NCBI GenBank assembly: GCA_020137815.1
Contig: CM035362.1
Coordinates: forward strand, 806,001-870,000
Reading direction: 5' to 3'
Source: Hormiphora californensis
Lineage: Eukaryota; Animalia; Ctenophora
Length of the DNA: 64,000 nt
Position numbers and translations under genes: made by a program. The notes below the pieces were generated by a model. The model saw only the letters and a program-made list of their open reading frames with translations, was not told where the DNA came from and ran no database searches. Below, piece by piece: positions 13,401 to 64,000 of the stretch (position 1 is the stretch's first letter; every line of letters begins with the position of its first letter).

Positions 13401-16400
13401 AATAAATGTATGTTAGATAGCTTATCTGTGGCAGTAAAACAAATGTCTGCTGAACATGAAATTATTATGATGGGGGACTTCAACCTCCCTGATGTTTTGT
13501 GGGATGTAGGTGTAGTCGCATGTCCGTTTAATACCTCTAATCAAAAGTATATAATTCAGCAATTGTTTCTAGATTTCTTCGTGCAACATGATCTCACCTG
13601 GGTTATCGGCGATGGTGTTAAAACTCGCAGGCGTCAAGTTTTAAATGAACTACAGGCAGCAACACTTGATAATGTCCTAACGTCAGACAACAACATCTTT
13701 GCTGATGTACATGTGACCGCACCTCTGGGAAAATCAGACCATGTCGGAATTATTAGCTCCTGGCGCATATCCAACAACTCGGAGTACATGCCTCATGAGA
13801 AGCGGAACTGGTCAAAAATGTCCCCGGAAAAGATCATAGCTGCTAATCACAATCTACAATGGGAGTGCAGTTCAGACTCAGTGGATATTCTATGGAAGAG
13901 CATGCATGCCAATGCTATGAAGATTGTTGACCTGGTACCTATCAGCAAGATCCGTGTATCTCACACGGGTGCAGTGAAAACAAAATCCGTGTGGGACCGC
14001 CCTTGCCTTGAGAAGGCCAGGAAGCAGAAAGAGAAACACTGGGCTGAGTTTGAGAACTTTCCAACACATCGCAATCTTAGCATAGCCCTTAGCAAGCAGG
14101 GTGTGTTTGACAGGTGCCAAAAGCAGGCGATGATACGGTTTGAAAACTCCGCGGCCTCACAGTTGAAGGATAACCCTAAAGCTTTTTATAGCTATATGAA
14201 CTCCAAGCGGAAGATTAAAGCAGCAATATCCGGTCTGAGAAGTGAAAACGGTGTTACTCTGACATCTGCAAAAGACGTCGCAAACGAACTAGGGTCTTTC
14301 TTCGAGAGTACCTTTGTCCAGGAAGACACAGCCCACATGCCCGCCTTCGAGGCGGGTCTCAATGATCAGGGTAAAATTCCGGATCTTGTATTCAGTACTG
14401 GGGAAATACAGAAGCTGCTATCGAAGGTCAACATTTGGAAATCCGTTGGGCCAGATGACATCCACCCAAAACTTCTGAAGACACTAGCAAATAACACTGA
14501 TTTTGTAAGGAGTGTGACCCATCTGTTTCAAACATGTTATGACACAGGGAAACTGCCCGAGGTATGGAAGCAGGCTAACATAACATCTCTACACAAGAAA
14601 GGAGACAAATCGAAAGCCAGTAACTACCGGCCTATCAGCCTCACATGTATCCTGTCTAAGATTTTCGAGAAGGTCCTGCGGAATCACATCCTGGGATTTG
14701 TAACTCCGATGATTGTGAAGGAGCAACATGGTTTTCTACCCGGTAAATCATGTGTGTCCAACTTGCTGGAGTGCATCGACACTGTAAATGAAATTCTTAC
14801 CAATGGATCTGGATCTGCGGATATCCTGTATCTTGATTTCCAGAAGGCTTTCGACTCGGTACCTCACAAAAGGCTACTGAAGAAACTGGAAGCTTACGGA
14901 GTAAATGGGAAGGCTCTTGAAATCGTTGAGGACTTCTTGTCAAACAGATCATTCAGAGTAAGAGTCGGAGCCACCTTCTCCAACTGGTTCAATGTTACTT
15001 CAGGAGTACCCCAGGGCACGGTCCTCGGACCCCTGTTATTCCTGTTGTTTATCAATGATCTGCCATGCGGTCTCAGGAGCTTTGTATCACTATTTGCAGA
15101 TGATCTGAAGTTGGTCACCAGCTCTGATCAATACCACACTGCACAAGAGGACATCGACAAGCTGAACAAGTGGGAACAGGACTGGCTCCTTCGTTTCAAT
15201 GTGAATGATGGGAAATGCAAGGTGTTGCACATTGGTAAAGACAACCCGAAAAACGCGTACTTCATGAATGGTTGCCAACTACCGGAAGTAAGTGCTGAGA
15301 AGGACTTAGGAGTACTTACCAGCTCAGACCTGAACTGGACAACATGTATCGAGAAGGCAGTATCCAAGGCAAAATCAGTCATTTCCTGGATCACCAGAAG
15401 TCTCATTTGCCGGAACAAATTTGTTATGATGAATGTCTACAGGACTCTAGTAAGACCTCATATTGAATATGCTGTCCAAGTATGGAACCCACCTGCAGCC
15501 CACGGATACTGGAAGCTAATTATGAAGATCGAGGATGTACAGCGTTCTTTCACACGGCTAATTGACGGGATTGGATTACTTCCCTACAGCGAAAGACTGA
15601 GAATTCTTCAACTCACCACACTACTTGAGCGTCGCATGAGAGGTGATCTCATTGAGACGTTCAAGATAACATCTGGCAAAGTGGACTACGGAAAAGATCT
15701 ATTCAGAGTTTCACGCAGTGGTACAAAGATTCTGAAGGACGGGCGTGGGGATGGAGTTCTATCCAATCGAGTAGCAAACTACTGGAATAAGATTCCAGCT
15801 AATGTGAAGGAAGCAAGCAGTGTGGATGCTTTCAAATCACGCCTGGAGCAGTACAAGGCTAGTACAATTGCGAGTGGAGCACCGTCTCTGGGGCATTTCT
15901 GGGAGCTGAGCGAAATCCTGATTGCAAAAATTAATAACAATTGTAATCATGATTCGTATGCTAAGTACATGTCTGCTAATCCGTCGCTAGCTAAATTAAA
16001 GGGAATTAACACCAACATGTTTTAGAGAACCGAACTGTTTTAATGGTCAATGTATGTGCCTGATGCACATTTCAATGTATATTTTTAATTACTATTGTGG
16101 GAAATGGAAGTGAGTTTAGACGTAATTTGCGTAGAGTGAATTTCGAGTTGGCCGTGTGGCCAAAATCTTTATTATTATTATTATAAATAAAAAGCTACGA
16201 AGATTATTTAGGGTATTGGGAGGGGTGACAGATATAGGAACCATGAAGGCGTTAAAAAAGAACTCTTAATCTGTAATCTCCACAAAAAACTTTCACTGAA
16301 CATCTCTGATTTTATTCACGGTGGATGGTTCAAGGCAGCAAATTGGAGATTTATAATTCGTCATTTCAAAATATTTACTACCTTGTGAGGCGATAAAAAC

Positions 16401-19400
16401 CCACTAGACTAACATAGTTATTAGTTCCAGATATGAGGGATCACATCACATACATAAAGAGGAGAGAAAAGAGGGTACTCACGGGGTTCTCCATTTTCTA
16501 ATAAGCGCAAGGTTTACACAAGGAATACGCAAGGATTAGAAAAGTTAGAGGGGATCACATATCGTAGAGCATAAAAGAGAGCTGCAGGCCTAGCCCTGGT
16601 TCTAACAACGAAAATTGACCTTGAGTAAATCCCCATGGGGCATAGACCGTCTATGATGACGAGCAAAGGATTCTCTGCCCCATCTTGAAATTTTTCAAAC
16701 AGCAACCTTCACTGCACAATCTCTGGAAAAATAAATTTTCCCGTCCTGGCGTTTCATTCTCTCCCCGCGGCTCCTGGCTCTTCTCTATAGCTCTCTTGCT
16801 TGCTATTGTTTTCCTCACCTCCCTGCTCTCTTTATCCACGCCTCTGGCACAATCCACGGTGGGGGTTAGAGGAGGGGTGGGTGTTCGAGGCGTACCGATT
16901 TGATCATCTCTCCTTTTCCCACCAGCACTGCACAATCTCTGGGAAAATACATTTTCCCGTCCTGACTCTTCTTCTTGCTCTCTTTTTTCTCTCCTCTGGC
17001 ACAGTCCTTTATACAATCAGTTATAAATAATAAAACGCTCCGAAGATGATAGACATTGATATTAGTCAGCAAAAACACGGTGGCTTATGGGGCTGTGGCA
17101 TTCCCCCAATAACTGCCCTAGCAATTTAAATCAGTACCACGAGAGATTATGAATGGACAATAAAAACTCTTCAACCATCTAAAACCACCTAAATTGCTAA
17201 AAACCGACTAAAACACCTGAAAATCTTCTTTTTCTAAATTTTTCACCAAGGGTGCTGGGTTAACAAAAGTAACATGACCCCCACCCTCCCATATTTTATA
17301 AGGATGCCTCCGGCCTCCTGACGATGTCAATAATCCCCTAAAGTCGTCTTATAGGCGTCCAAGTTCCCGACCATAGTCCAAGCAACACCTTTATCTTCAG
17401 GAGATTCAGCTCGATGTCTACTCAGTTCACGCCCTGATATTCAGTTGGAGACTGGGTGTGGCAGTACAGGGCACTATCACCCGAGAGGAGTTCTCTAATG
17501 GACTCATGGCACTTGGGTAAGTGGCATGGGGGGTCCATTCTCAGTACTTGGTTCAGTGTTATGTAGGGTTACTTCATGTTTTCCCTTCTTTTCCATGAAT
17601 ACACTCGGAAGTTTACCCTACAAAACTAACTTCCCTCCCTCTCCCGGAGTTACTATAAAAAACCCCTCCTCCTCCACTGTAGATGTGACAGTGTAGATAA
17701 ACTAAAGACGAGGGTATCCCAACTTGACAACGATATCAGGCAACCTGCTAAGTTCAAAGAGTTTTATGGGTATACCTTCACATTTGCTAAGGATGCGGGA
17801 GCTAAAAACCTTGGTTAGTAATCAGCTGTTTTTTGTGATCCCAGGTCGCATATTGTCAGGCTCTGAATTTAATTTCCCGGACGCTGCTCGAATAACACAA
17901 TTTAACTCAGCCCCACTCCCCCCTCTGCTAGGTATTGAGGACGCCCTGAGAACATGGAAAGGTAGTACTGGCAGGAAGATTCCCTCTACTAGATGAGTGG
18001 TGTACCTTTGTAGCTGTAAGTTGTGCAGCCCCTAGTTCAATTCCCTTGCCCCTAGCAGCCAATTAACTTCGACCTGACACTTTGATGAGACTCACCAAAG
18101 TGCCACTTTGCTCGATTTGGGGTCCAAGTTTTCTTCTCCATATCTCTTTTTACAACACAACAACATCTTCTAACAAGACGACATATTACATTCAGCAACA
18201 CGACTAGAAGAAGCATAACTCGTGATACATGGAATCTACTGTTGGACTTTGCTCTGACAATAAACAGTGATCTAGCCAATTATGATGATGAAGGTACGGC
18301 AATATAGTAATTAAATGTAATTAACAGTATTTTAGGATTTCTTTAATTTTAAACTTCGGCAGGTCGGTAGAACTTCGACAGAATTTAGGGCAGGTCTGAA
18401 TTTAGGGCAGGTCTGAATTTAGGGCAGCTCTGAATTTAGGGCGGGTCTGAATTTAGGGCAGGTCTGAATTTAGGGCAGGTCGGAATTTAGGGCAGGTCAA
18501 TTTAATATTATCTACTTGTTACAATAGTTATGGAGAGATATTAGAAGATAAGAATTTGGGTCAATGTTTTAGATGAGTAGGAATAGCGAGAAGCCACGAA
18601 CAGGGGATTGTGCGACGTGCCGAGAGGAGAAGCTGCCACGTCAGCCTAGGCTGGCCGCGTGATCTGAGAAAGAGGTGACCAGGGAGCGAGATATGAGCTT
18701 GAGAGGAGAGAATTTTCGATTTTTCTCCAAATTTTCGTTAATAACGGCATAAATTTACATTTAACCGATAGTTCATTGACAAACCGTTAGTTGAGACATT
18801 AGTAAATCGAAAACTTGCTAATGGAAGCTTGCTAATGCTTATACTGATTGGTAACAACAAGCGTCATGTGACCTCCATGCAAGCAACAAGAAACGTAACC
18901 AGGGTGTGACAAAATCTTGTTAGCAAGATTGCAATAGGTCTAGAATTCCCTTAATCACATATCCGGCGTGGAGTGCAAAGAGGTTCCTGGAAAACGAAAA
19001 TACATGGAATAGAGAACACCTGCATTGGCTTAAAAACAGGAATTTAGGTTCATTAATGAATTTCTGCAGTTTTGGACTTGAAACTCTGTACACATATCTG
19101 GCATAAGCTCAACAACATTGTGTCAAAATTTCAGAACCATTGGAATTAAGGTGCCGGAGAAATTTGTATCCTCCTAACTCACTCTCAACCATCATAAGAT
19201 CATTCAGTCACTCTGAGTATTCAGACCTGCCCTAAATTGACCTGCCCTAAATTCTGTCGAAGTTCTACCGACCTGCCTAAACTTCAATTAGCTACCTGAA
19301 GTATGAAGGGTTGCTCGGGGGTTTCTCTACTCCCGAGCTGTAATTGCCCGGGGTGTTTTGTCTACCCCCAGTAATTATTCATTTCATTACTTTCCCAGGT

Positions 19401-19487
19401 GCGTGGCCGATATTAATTGACGAGTTCGTGGATTGGTTGCGACCCCGTTTACCATCCTCCGCAACAACTACCACCAGCATGTCATGA
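4446..19487 (+). CDS. DCUN1D1: DCN1-like cullin neddylation E3 (DCUN1D1/2 type); exons 4446-4514, 4594-4765, 4906-4967, 17401-17516, 17683-17813, 17932-18015, 18196-18293, 19399-19487; two apparent 1-nt insertions
   Basis: UBA-like [26 protein letters not shown]; PONY domain [36 protein letters not shown] and [16 protein letters not shown]. Confidence 0.9.
5688..10654 (-). CDS. Secreted protein: signal peptide + 2 unrecognised ~140-aa domains + 4 Sushi/CCP repeats, antisense in DCN1 intron 3
   Basis: Signal exon [15 protein letters not shown] (10591-10654); domain exons 9955-10383 and 8765-9187 ([14 protein letters not shown]...KIWTITKT...[14 protein letters not shown]); Sushi exons at ~5900-6850 (C...C...G...LTC..DGSWS...P.C). 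The last exon (5688-5749) is tentative. Confidence 0.75.
6900..8400. repeat. Non-coding interspersed repeat, probably a non-autonomous DNA transposon, with ~180-bp internal repeats
   Basis: Many GCCCCTGCAC motifs, repeated CAAACTGTGGCC...CGAAATGAAACTTTG...ACGAGTCATAA blocks and (TTAA)n runs. Termini not resolved. Confidence 0.55.
9335..9918. mobile_element. MITE-like element with poly-G/GTCATGTTAATT inverted ends
   Basis: G(n)TAGTCATGTTAATT at ~9335-9362 is inverted relative to AATTAACATGACT-C(n) at ~9883-9918. Confidence 0.5.
11798..11907 (+). repeat. 5 x 22-bp tandem repeat CAGTTCTCTCAAAACATTTTCT in the LINE 5' UTR
   Basis: Units start at 11798, 11820, 11842, 11864 and 11886, with a partial unit at 11784. 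Confidence 0.95.
11959..13026 (+). CDS. LINE ORF1 (coiled coil + RRM-like RNA-binding region)
   Basis: Heptad-rich N-terminal half; [21 protein letters not shown] and [11 protein letters not shown] motifs; lies 8 nt before ORF2. Confidence 0.88.
   Translation: MSRTLLNAANTGYTSLTKIKAQIDKVIQSSGKSKEDTIKEYKKLMEWVTGVLDRDLPAIQRVLQGSEGIAKLQKENTDLNGEVSVLTAKNADLWKVNEKLTDYSKVTDKVQEMLTEFKRDLPDPAHSQVDVTMKKEIKDAVKDNLKEVMTEAVNKIVNTDKMKKTFAEVVNNSQNIIKKETKKCFDESLSSALQESQNEIVAKTTARQEDDQFEKERRVRNVTIVNIPESSLPESKDREEADAVFTSELLQIRRNQVLTCYRAGPPIGTGSNKDKEGPRPLIVILETPELAKSKHKYGNGDRLIVDGVIYWVNPDLTRAERKANWRARAKRKDRARRREDGGTAPDSGNSAIVVT
13035..16025 (+). CDS. LINE ORF2: AP-type endonuclease + reverse transcriptase (CR1-like)
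   Basis: YTNA, VTET, MGDFNLP and SDH endonuclease motifs; [43 protein letters not shown] and EKDLGV RT motifs. Confidence 0.97.
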   Translation: MHSTANIDSHLKIYYTNANDLKNKIHELELTAKLNDCKVLGVTETMFSDEIVDAEVSIANFKLFRVDRQSKGGGSCLYIHDSIQCHEIIINVPECACVKIMFDTISIVLFIVYRAPSLSLIENKCMLDSLSVAVKQMSAEHEIIMMGDFNLPDVLWDVGVVACPFNTSNQKYIIQQLFLDFFVQHDLTWVIGDGVKTRRRQVLNELQAATLDNVLTSDNNIFADVHVTAPLGKSDHVGIISSWRISNNSEYMPHEKRNWSKMSPEKIIAANHNLQWECSSDSVDILWKSMHANAMKIVDLVPISKIRVSHTGAVKTKSVWDRPCLEKARKQKEKHWAEFENFPTHRNLSIALSKQGVFDRCQKQAMIRFENSAASQLKDNPKAFYSYMNSKRKIKAAISGLRSENGVTLTSAKDVANELGSFFESTFVQEDTAHMPAFEAGLNDQGKIPDLVFSTGEIQKLLSKVNIWKSVGPDDIHPKLLKTLANNTDFVRSVTHLFQTCYDTGKLPEVWKQANITSLHKKGDKSKASNYRPISLTCILSKIFEKVLRNHILGFVTPMIVKEQHGFLPGKSCVSNLLECIDTVNEILTNGSGSADILYLDFQKAFDSVPHKRLLKKLEAYGVNGKALEIVEDFLSNRSFRVRVGATFSNWFNVTSGVPQGTVLGPLLFLLFINDLPCGLRSFVSLFADDLKLVTSSDQYHTAQEDIDKLNKWEQDWLLRFNVNDGKCKVLHIGKDNPKNAYFMNGCQLPEVSAEKDLGVLTSSDLNWTTCIEKAVSKAKSVISWITRSLICRNKFVMMNVYRTLVRPHIEYAVQVWNPPAAHGYWKLIMKIEDVQRSFTRLIDGIGLLPYSERLRILQLTTLLERRMRGDLIETFKITSGKVDYGKDLFRVSRSGTKILKDGRGDGVLSNRVANYWNKIPANVKEASSVDAFKSRLEQYKASTIASGAPSLGHFWELSEILIAKINNNCNHDSYAKYMSANPSLAKLKGINTNMF
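18358..19277. mobile_element. 920-bp MITE with TIRs, 18-bp subterminal repeats and 8-bp TSD (GG termini, possibly Merlin-like)
   Basis: TIR GGCAGGTCGGTAGAACTTCGACAGAATTTAGGGCAGGTC at both ends; TSD TAAACTTC at 18350-18357 and 19278-19285. Confidence 0.88.
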
Positions 19488-19509
19488 TGAGACTCGTGCA
19501 GAAGCTAGG

Positions 19510-19710
19510 GATCACGTGATATATAATGACGTCACGTGTTATATGTGACGTCATCGTGATATCAGCGTGGGGCCATGATAGTAACACGTGAGATATAAAC
19601 TCAATGTTGGGGTGTTGTTACCATGGTAACAGGGAGTGTGAATTTTAGAACAACAACAACCTGGCACTAGATGTCACCAGTGTGTCATGACGTCACAATG
19701 ACGTCATTGT
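19510..19710. promoter_or_regulatory. Cluster of palindromic motifs: 4 CRE, 3 E-box, 1 RFX X-box
   Basis: TGACGTCA at 19527, 19546, 19688 and 19699; CACGTG at 19513, 19533 and 19585; GTTACCATGGTAAC at 19617-19630. Function untested. Confidence 0.4.
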
Positions 19711-19924
19711 AGGCAATGTGTTTTAATGGGGAGTGTGTTCACTACTATTTTGTTACTTTTGCGTATTATAATAAGTTCGTTTGCACAAACTACCCGTGTT
19801 AAATTCACCCCACTTCTCTGCCCTTGATCTACCGAGCCCTTGGTATGAAATAAAATGACGATGTGAGCCACACAACTCCGACCCTGATTTTAATATTCTC
19901 TCTCGTTTGATATAGCGATCTAGT

Positions 19925-21278
19925 ATGGGTAGGGGATCCAGTAAGCTCCAAAAACGGATCTACCCACGGAGTAAGACGAAGTTGGAAGCAGCAAAGGATC
20001 GTCTGACAGGGAATAACATGGCATACCCTAGTGTGAAAGCAAGCGAACAAAATGTTCAGGTTAGTGTTTGGTGTCCTTGTTTTCATTTATACCAGGATTG
20101 TAGCTCTGCTCGACCCTGTTAGAACATAACAGCCTTCCCATTTCAGGTCAAGGATCCTATTTTTATTCTATCCTAACTCCCCCACCCCACCAACTCCTAA
20201 CTCATCCCCCTCCTAACTCCCCCTAGCTCCCCTACCTTGCTCGACCCTGTTTCACAATCCTATCCTCCCCAATTCCAGGTAGATCCAACATACACTCCGG
20301 AGTACTCTGCCCTTCTGAAGAAAGTGTCCACCAACATTACCAGCATTCACGATAACTTCAAGTAAGCAGAACAAAATTTGGCTAACTTTGAGGATATTAT
20401 ATGAGTTGTGAAACTTCACCAACTTCTCTGTCCCCCCAGATTCAATGAGTTCAAATTGGATAATTTTGCTAAACCATCTTCTTATCCGATTCAAGGAGTT
20501 AAACCCTCTCCCTCTCCCCCAGATTTAAAGAGTACAGTATGAACAAGCCTGATTCCTGGAATCCAGCCCAGGATCAACAGCACGTGCCAGTGGGCTACCT
20601 TGATAGAAATGCCCTGAACATGATCTTTATGACAGAGAGAGATAACCCTGATCTCCATACGATGTTAGTGTGTTTGTAGTTCTCCCTGTCACACCATGGA
20701 GTTTTATTCTCCCTGTCACAACTCACAATTCACACATCTAGTCTGTCACACGACACACATTGTGTGGCTCACACCGCTCTCTGTCACACATTGTGTGGCT
20801 CACACCGCGCTCTGTGAGAGTTCGGTAGATCAAGTCATACCATGAAGTTGAACACATGTGTCGAGTATGACGAATTATAATAACATGTTTCATTCAGGGT
20901 GGGTCTAACAAAAGAAGAGCTAGATAAGATATTTTCCTGTTACTCTGGATTCAAGTCTCGTCCCCGTGCTAATCCCCAGGATTGGATCTCCGAGATACGA
21001 GACTCAGAAGGTGAGAGTTTGTTGTTTTGAACACACTTTGTTTGAATTGGATCCTTGAAAATTTTAGAAGGTCACAATTGAGATCCTCATCAATGTTATA
21101 AAGTCCGGTCAATTGACTATCACTGCCCCCCCCCCCCCCACTAACTAAACACCATTACATTTCAGATGCACCCGGTATGCCCAAGTCAATGCAGTCCAGT
21201 GACCCCCGACAAGTTGTAGACGACATGTTGAGGGTGGGGTTGGAACGGAGACGAATGGGCAAAGACAGTGAAACATGA
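19925..21278 (+). CDS. Probable complex I assembly factor NDUFAF4-like; exons 19925-20059, 20279-20361, 20523-20663, 20898-21010, 21166-21278
   Basis: Five GT-AG exons splice to one open frame. N-terminal MGxxxSK myristoylation-like motif; VPVGYLDRNALNMIF...DNPD...GLTKEELDKIFSCY resembles the NDUFAF4 C-terminal region. Gene structure is firmer than the family call. Confidence 0.6.
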
Positions 21279-21587
21279 CGGTAGTTCGCACTTAGCCAGA
21301 TGGCTGGAGTAGAAAAACGATGCTGAGATTGGTTGCTGAACTTTGAAGGGGTGTTGCTGTGGGACGTTTAGTAATTTATTGAGAGTTTTATATGAACCGT
21401 CTGAGTCAGACTCTGACTCTATTCTAGGAAATGGAGTCGAGAAACAAAGTGCAAGAATTTAACTTCGTGACCTGGCCACTGACACTGTGACCAAAAATTA
21501 GGATCAGCAGAGTATTTATTTGAGTTGTTTTTGTACTGTTTTTAACTGAAGTTCATTATTGTAAAAAAGCGACTATTACTACTATAA

Positions 21588-21809
21588 CAGTCGGACCCCG
21601 ATTTAACGGCACCCTCGGGGGAACCCTGTATGGCGGCGCCATACCCCATTTGATTGCGACAGTGCGCTCAGATGGGTCGCGGCGCCAGACAGGGGGAACC
21701 GGAAAGGGTTTTGTACGTTAAATCGGCGTGTCCGTTAAATCGGGGTCAAATAATGATAATTTTCTATATCGGGGGAAGATTATCTTGTCGTTAAATCGGG
21801 GTCCGACTG
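21588..21809. mobile_element. Short Tc1/mariner-pogo-type MITE
   Basis: TIR CAGTCGGACCCCGATTTAACG / CGTTAAATCGGGGTCCGACTG followed by TA. A related single end occurs at ~42740-42820. Confidence 0.8.
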
Positions 21810-22252
21810 TACTATGGTTTCAATTTGAAATCAAAATAAAGCAGTTGGTGAATAAAAATTGAAGTTAATATAAGGATTCGGCAACAAATTAGCCTATTCG
21901 CTGCAATTTTCATGCGCGTTCGAATCCAGCGCGCCGCGCTGAACTTTGAGGCAAGTAAAAAAGTGAAATTTTCAGATTTACAAAATTTCACGTTTTTTAA
22001 AAAGGGAAAAATTAAAAATCCTTGAAAAATTGGTGACTCAAAATGCCGTTGTATTCAGTCTTTCCGTGAATTAAAATTAAGTTAAAGACAACAATTATTT
22101 ACCTCAGATTATCCATTTTATTTTTGAGAATTTTTTTAATCGCCTGGGGTCAATTTCCATTTTCCAGCGCTCCCGTGAGGCTTGACCCTGTCCATTCTAC
22201 CGATCTCCAAACAATACTATTTCAGTGTTAGGTCTCTGATTTACTCCTTCGT

Positions 22253-63015
<40,763 letters not shown>

Positions 63016-63634
63016 CATCATCTCATGACCAAGAGACTATTATAATATTATAATAGATCGCCCGGTGCGTTCCGTCAGAGCAGAAATAATTATTATATTT
63101 GGTGCAAGTAATCCTGTAGTATATTTAGTTTTTGTACAGTGTCAGAGTGAGAGAGAATTGAGAGAAATTAATATCATTATTAAAATTAAAGAGGATGAAG
63201 GTTCAGTTCTAACATTCTTATTTTTATAAAGCTTTATTTTTTAGTTTCTCAACAATGTGTTCAGTTTTAGCATGCTTGAGAAGAGTTTTATTTTCATTTA
63301 GTTGTTTGTTTGTAAATATGTACTCCTTTTCTTAGTTATTGTGTACATCAAAATAATTGTTTTATTAGTACATACCCCAACGGATGGCGCGAAGTTCTTC
63401 AGAGTTACATGCTGCGCGCATCGAAATGAAACGATGATTTCGCGCGCTTTCTTTTTTTTAAGTTCGACGCGAGTCCAAAAAAGTTTAAAAATCTGGTTCG
63501 CCTTTTTTACTTTTTAATTTTGCCTCCCCTCACCCCTGCGCTATTTGCCACTTTTTCAGTGGACTTATCTTCGGTAGTTAACAAATATCGTACCTAGAGG
63601 CAAGAAAATCGTACAAAAAAGTTGTCATTTTAGA

Positions 63635-64000
63635 ATGATCAAAAAAGTCGAAGTTGAGAACGCGGGTACGGGCCTACTTCGACCAAATCCATTCAGCGAA
63701 GTTACATTTAGTGTTCAGAATAGCTCCAGGTAATGTGATGAACTACATAAATCAATATGACTCTTGCTAACACGCCTTGTTTCAGTCCCCTGTTTACGTT
63801 GAACGAAGAAACAACCTACCGACTGTCCCACAAAGCGGGTTTATGTTGGTATATCATTGATCAATGTGTCCTTCGTCTAACTGAATCCGAGAGAGCAGTT
63901 TTCAAGTTTATGCACTCTGGGGAGGTTCACACGGTCACAGTCACTCTACATTCCTTTAAAGATGTAGGACCGATTTGGGGGATGGAGGCTACAGAGCAGC
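63635..64000 (+). CDS. FKBP-family (FKBPL/FKBP4-like) gene, 3'-partial; exons 63635-63729 and 63786-end
   Basis: MIKKVEVENAGTGLLRPNPFSEVTFSV spliced in frame to ...IIDQCVLRLTESERAVFKF...VTVTLHSFKDVGPIWGM, resembling a degenerate FKBP domain and the linker before TPR repeats. Confidence 0.6.

Larger units (their letters stand above)
11789..16182 (+). mobile_element. Full-length CR1-type LINE, apparently intact
   Basis: Two ORFs, 5' 22-bp tandem repeats, 3' hairpin TTGGCCGTGTGGCCAA and a (TTA)n tail. Boundaries defined by the paralogous empty site ACAATCAGTT^ATAAATA at 10874-10890. Confidence 0.92.

Overview
Intron-rich animal genomic DNA, most likely a ctenophore (a ctenophore-type spliced-leader sequence is present and large introns host nested genes). 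Five host genes lie head-to-tail on the + strand: NDUFS1 (3' part), DCN1/DCUN1D, a probable NDUFAF4, a ~41-exon TRPM2-like channel with an intact Nudix domain (22253-63015), and the start of an FKBP-family gene. Their introns contain a divergent homeobox gene, three antisense genes for secreted proteins with an unrecognised ~140-aa domain plus Sushi repeats, and an LDLa-repeat GPCR. They also hold two near-complete LINEs, a probable solo LTR and several MITEs. Two copies of one 823-bp hAT-type MITE disrupt a LINE ORF2 and the GPCR. The most striking item is a 1.18-kb retroposed element in TRPM intron 1. It starts with a spliced leader, encodes only a LINE ORF1-like protein, and ends in a (TAA)n tail with a target-site duplication, suggesting a retroelement that uses trans-splicing. 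An array of 18 tandem copies of a TRPM splice acceptor is also notable. Gene models were spliced by eye and family calls rest on recalled motifs, not database searches.
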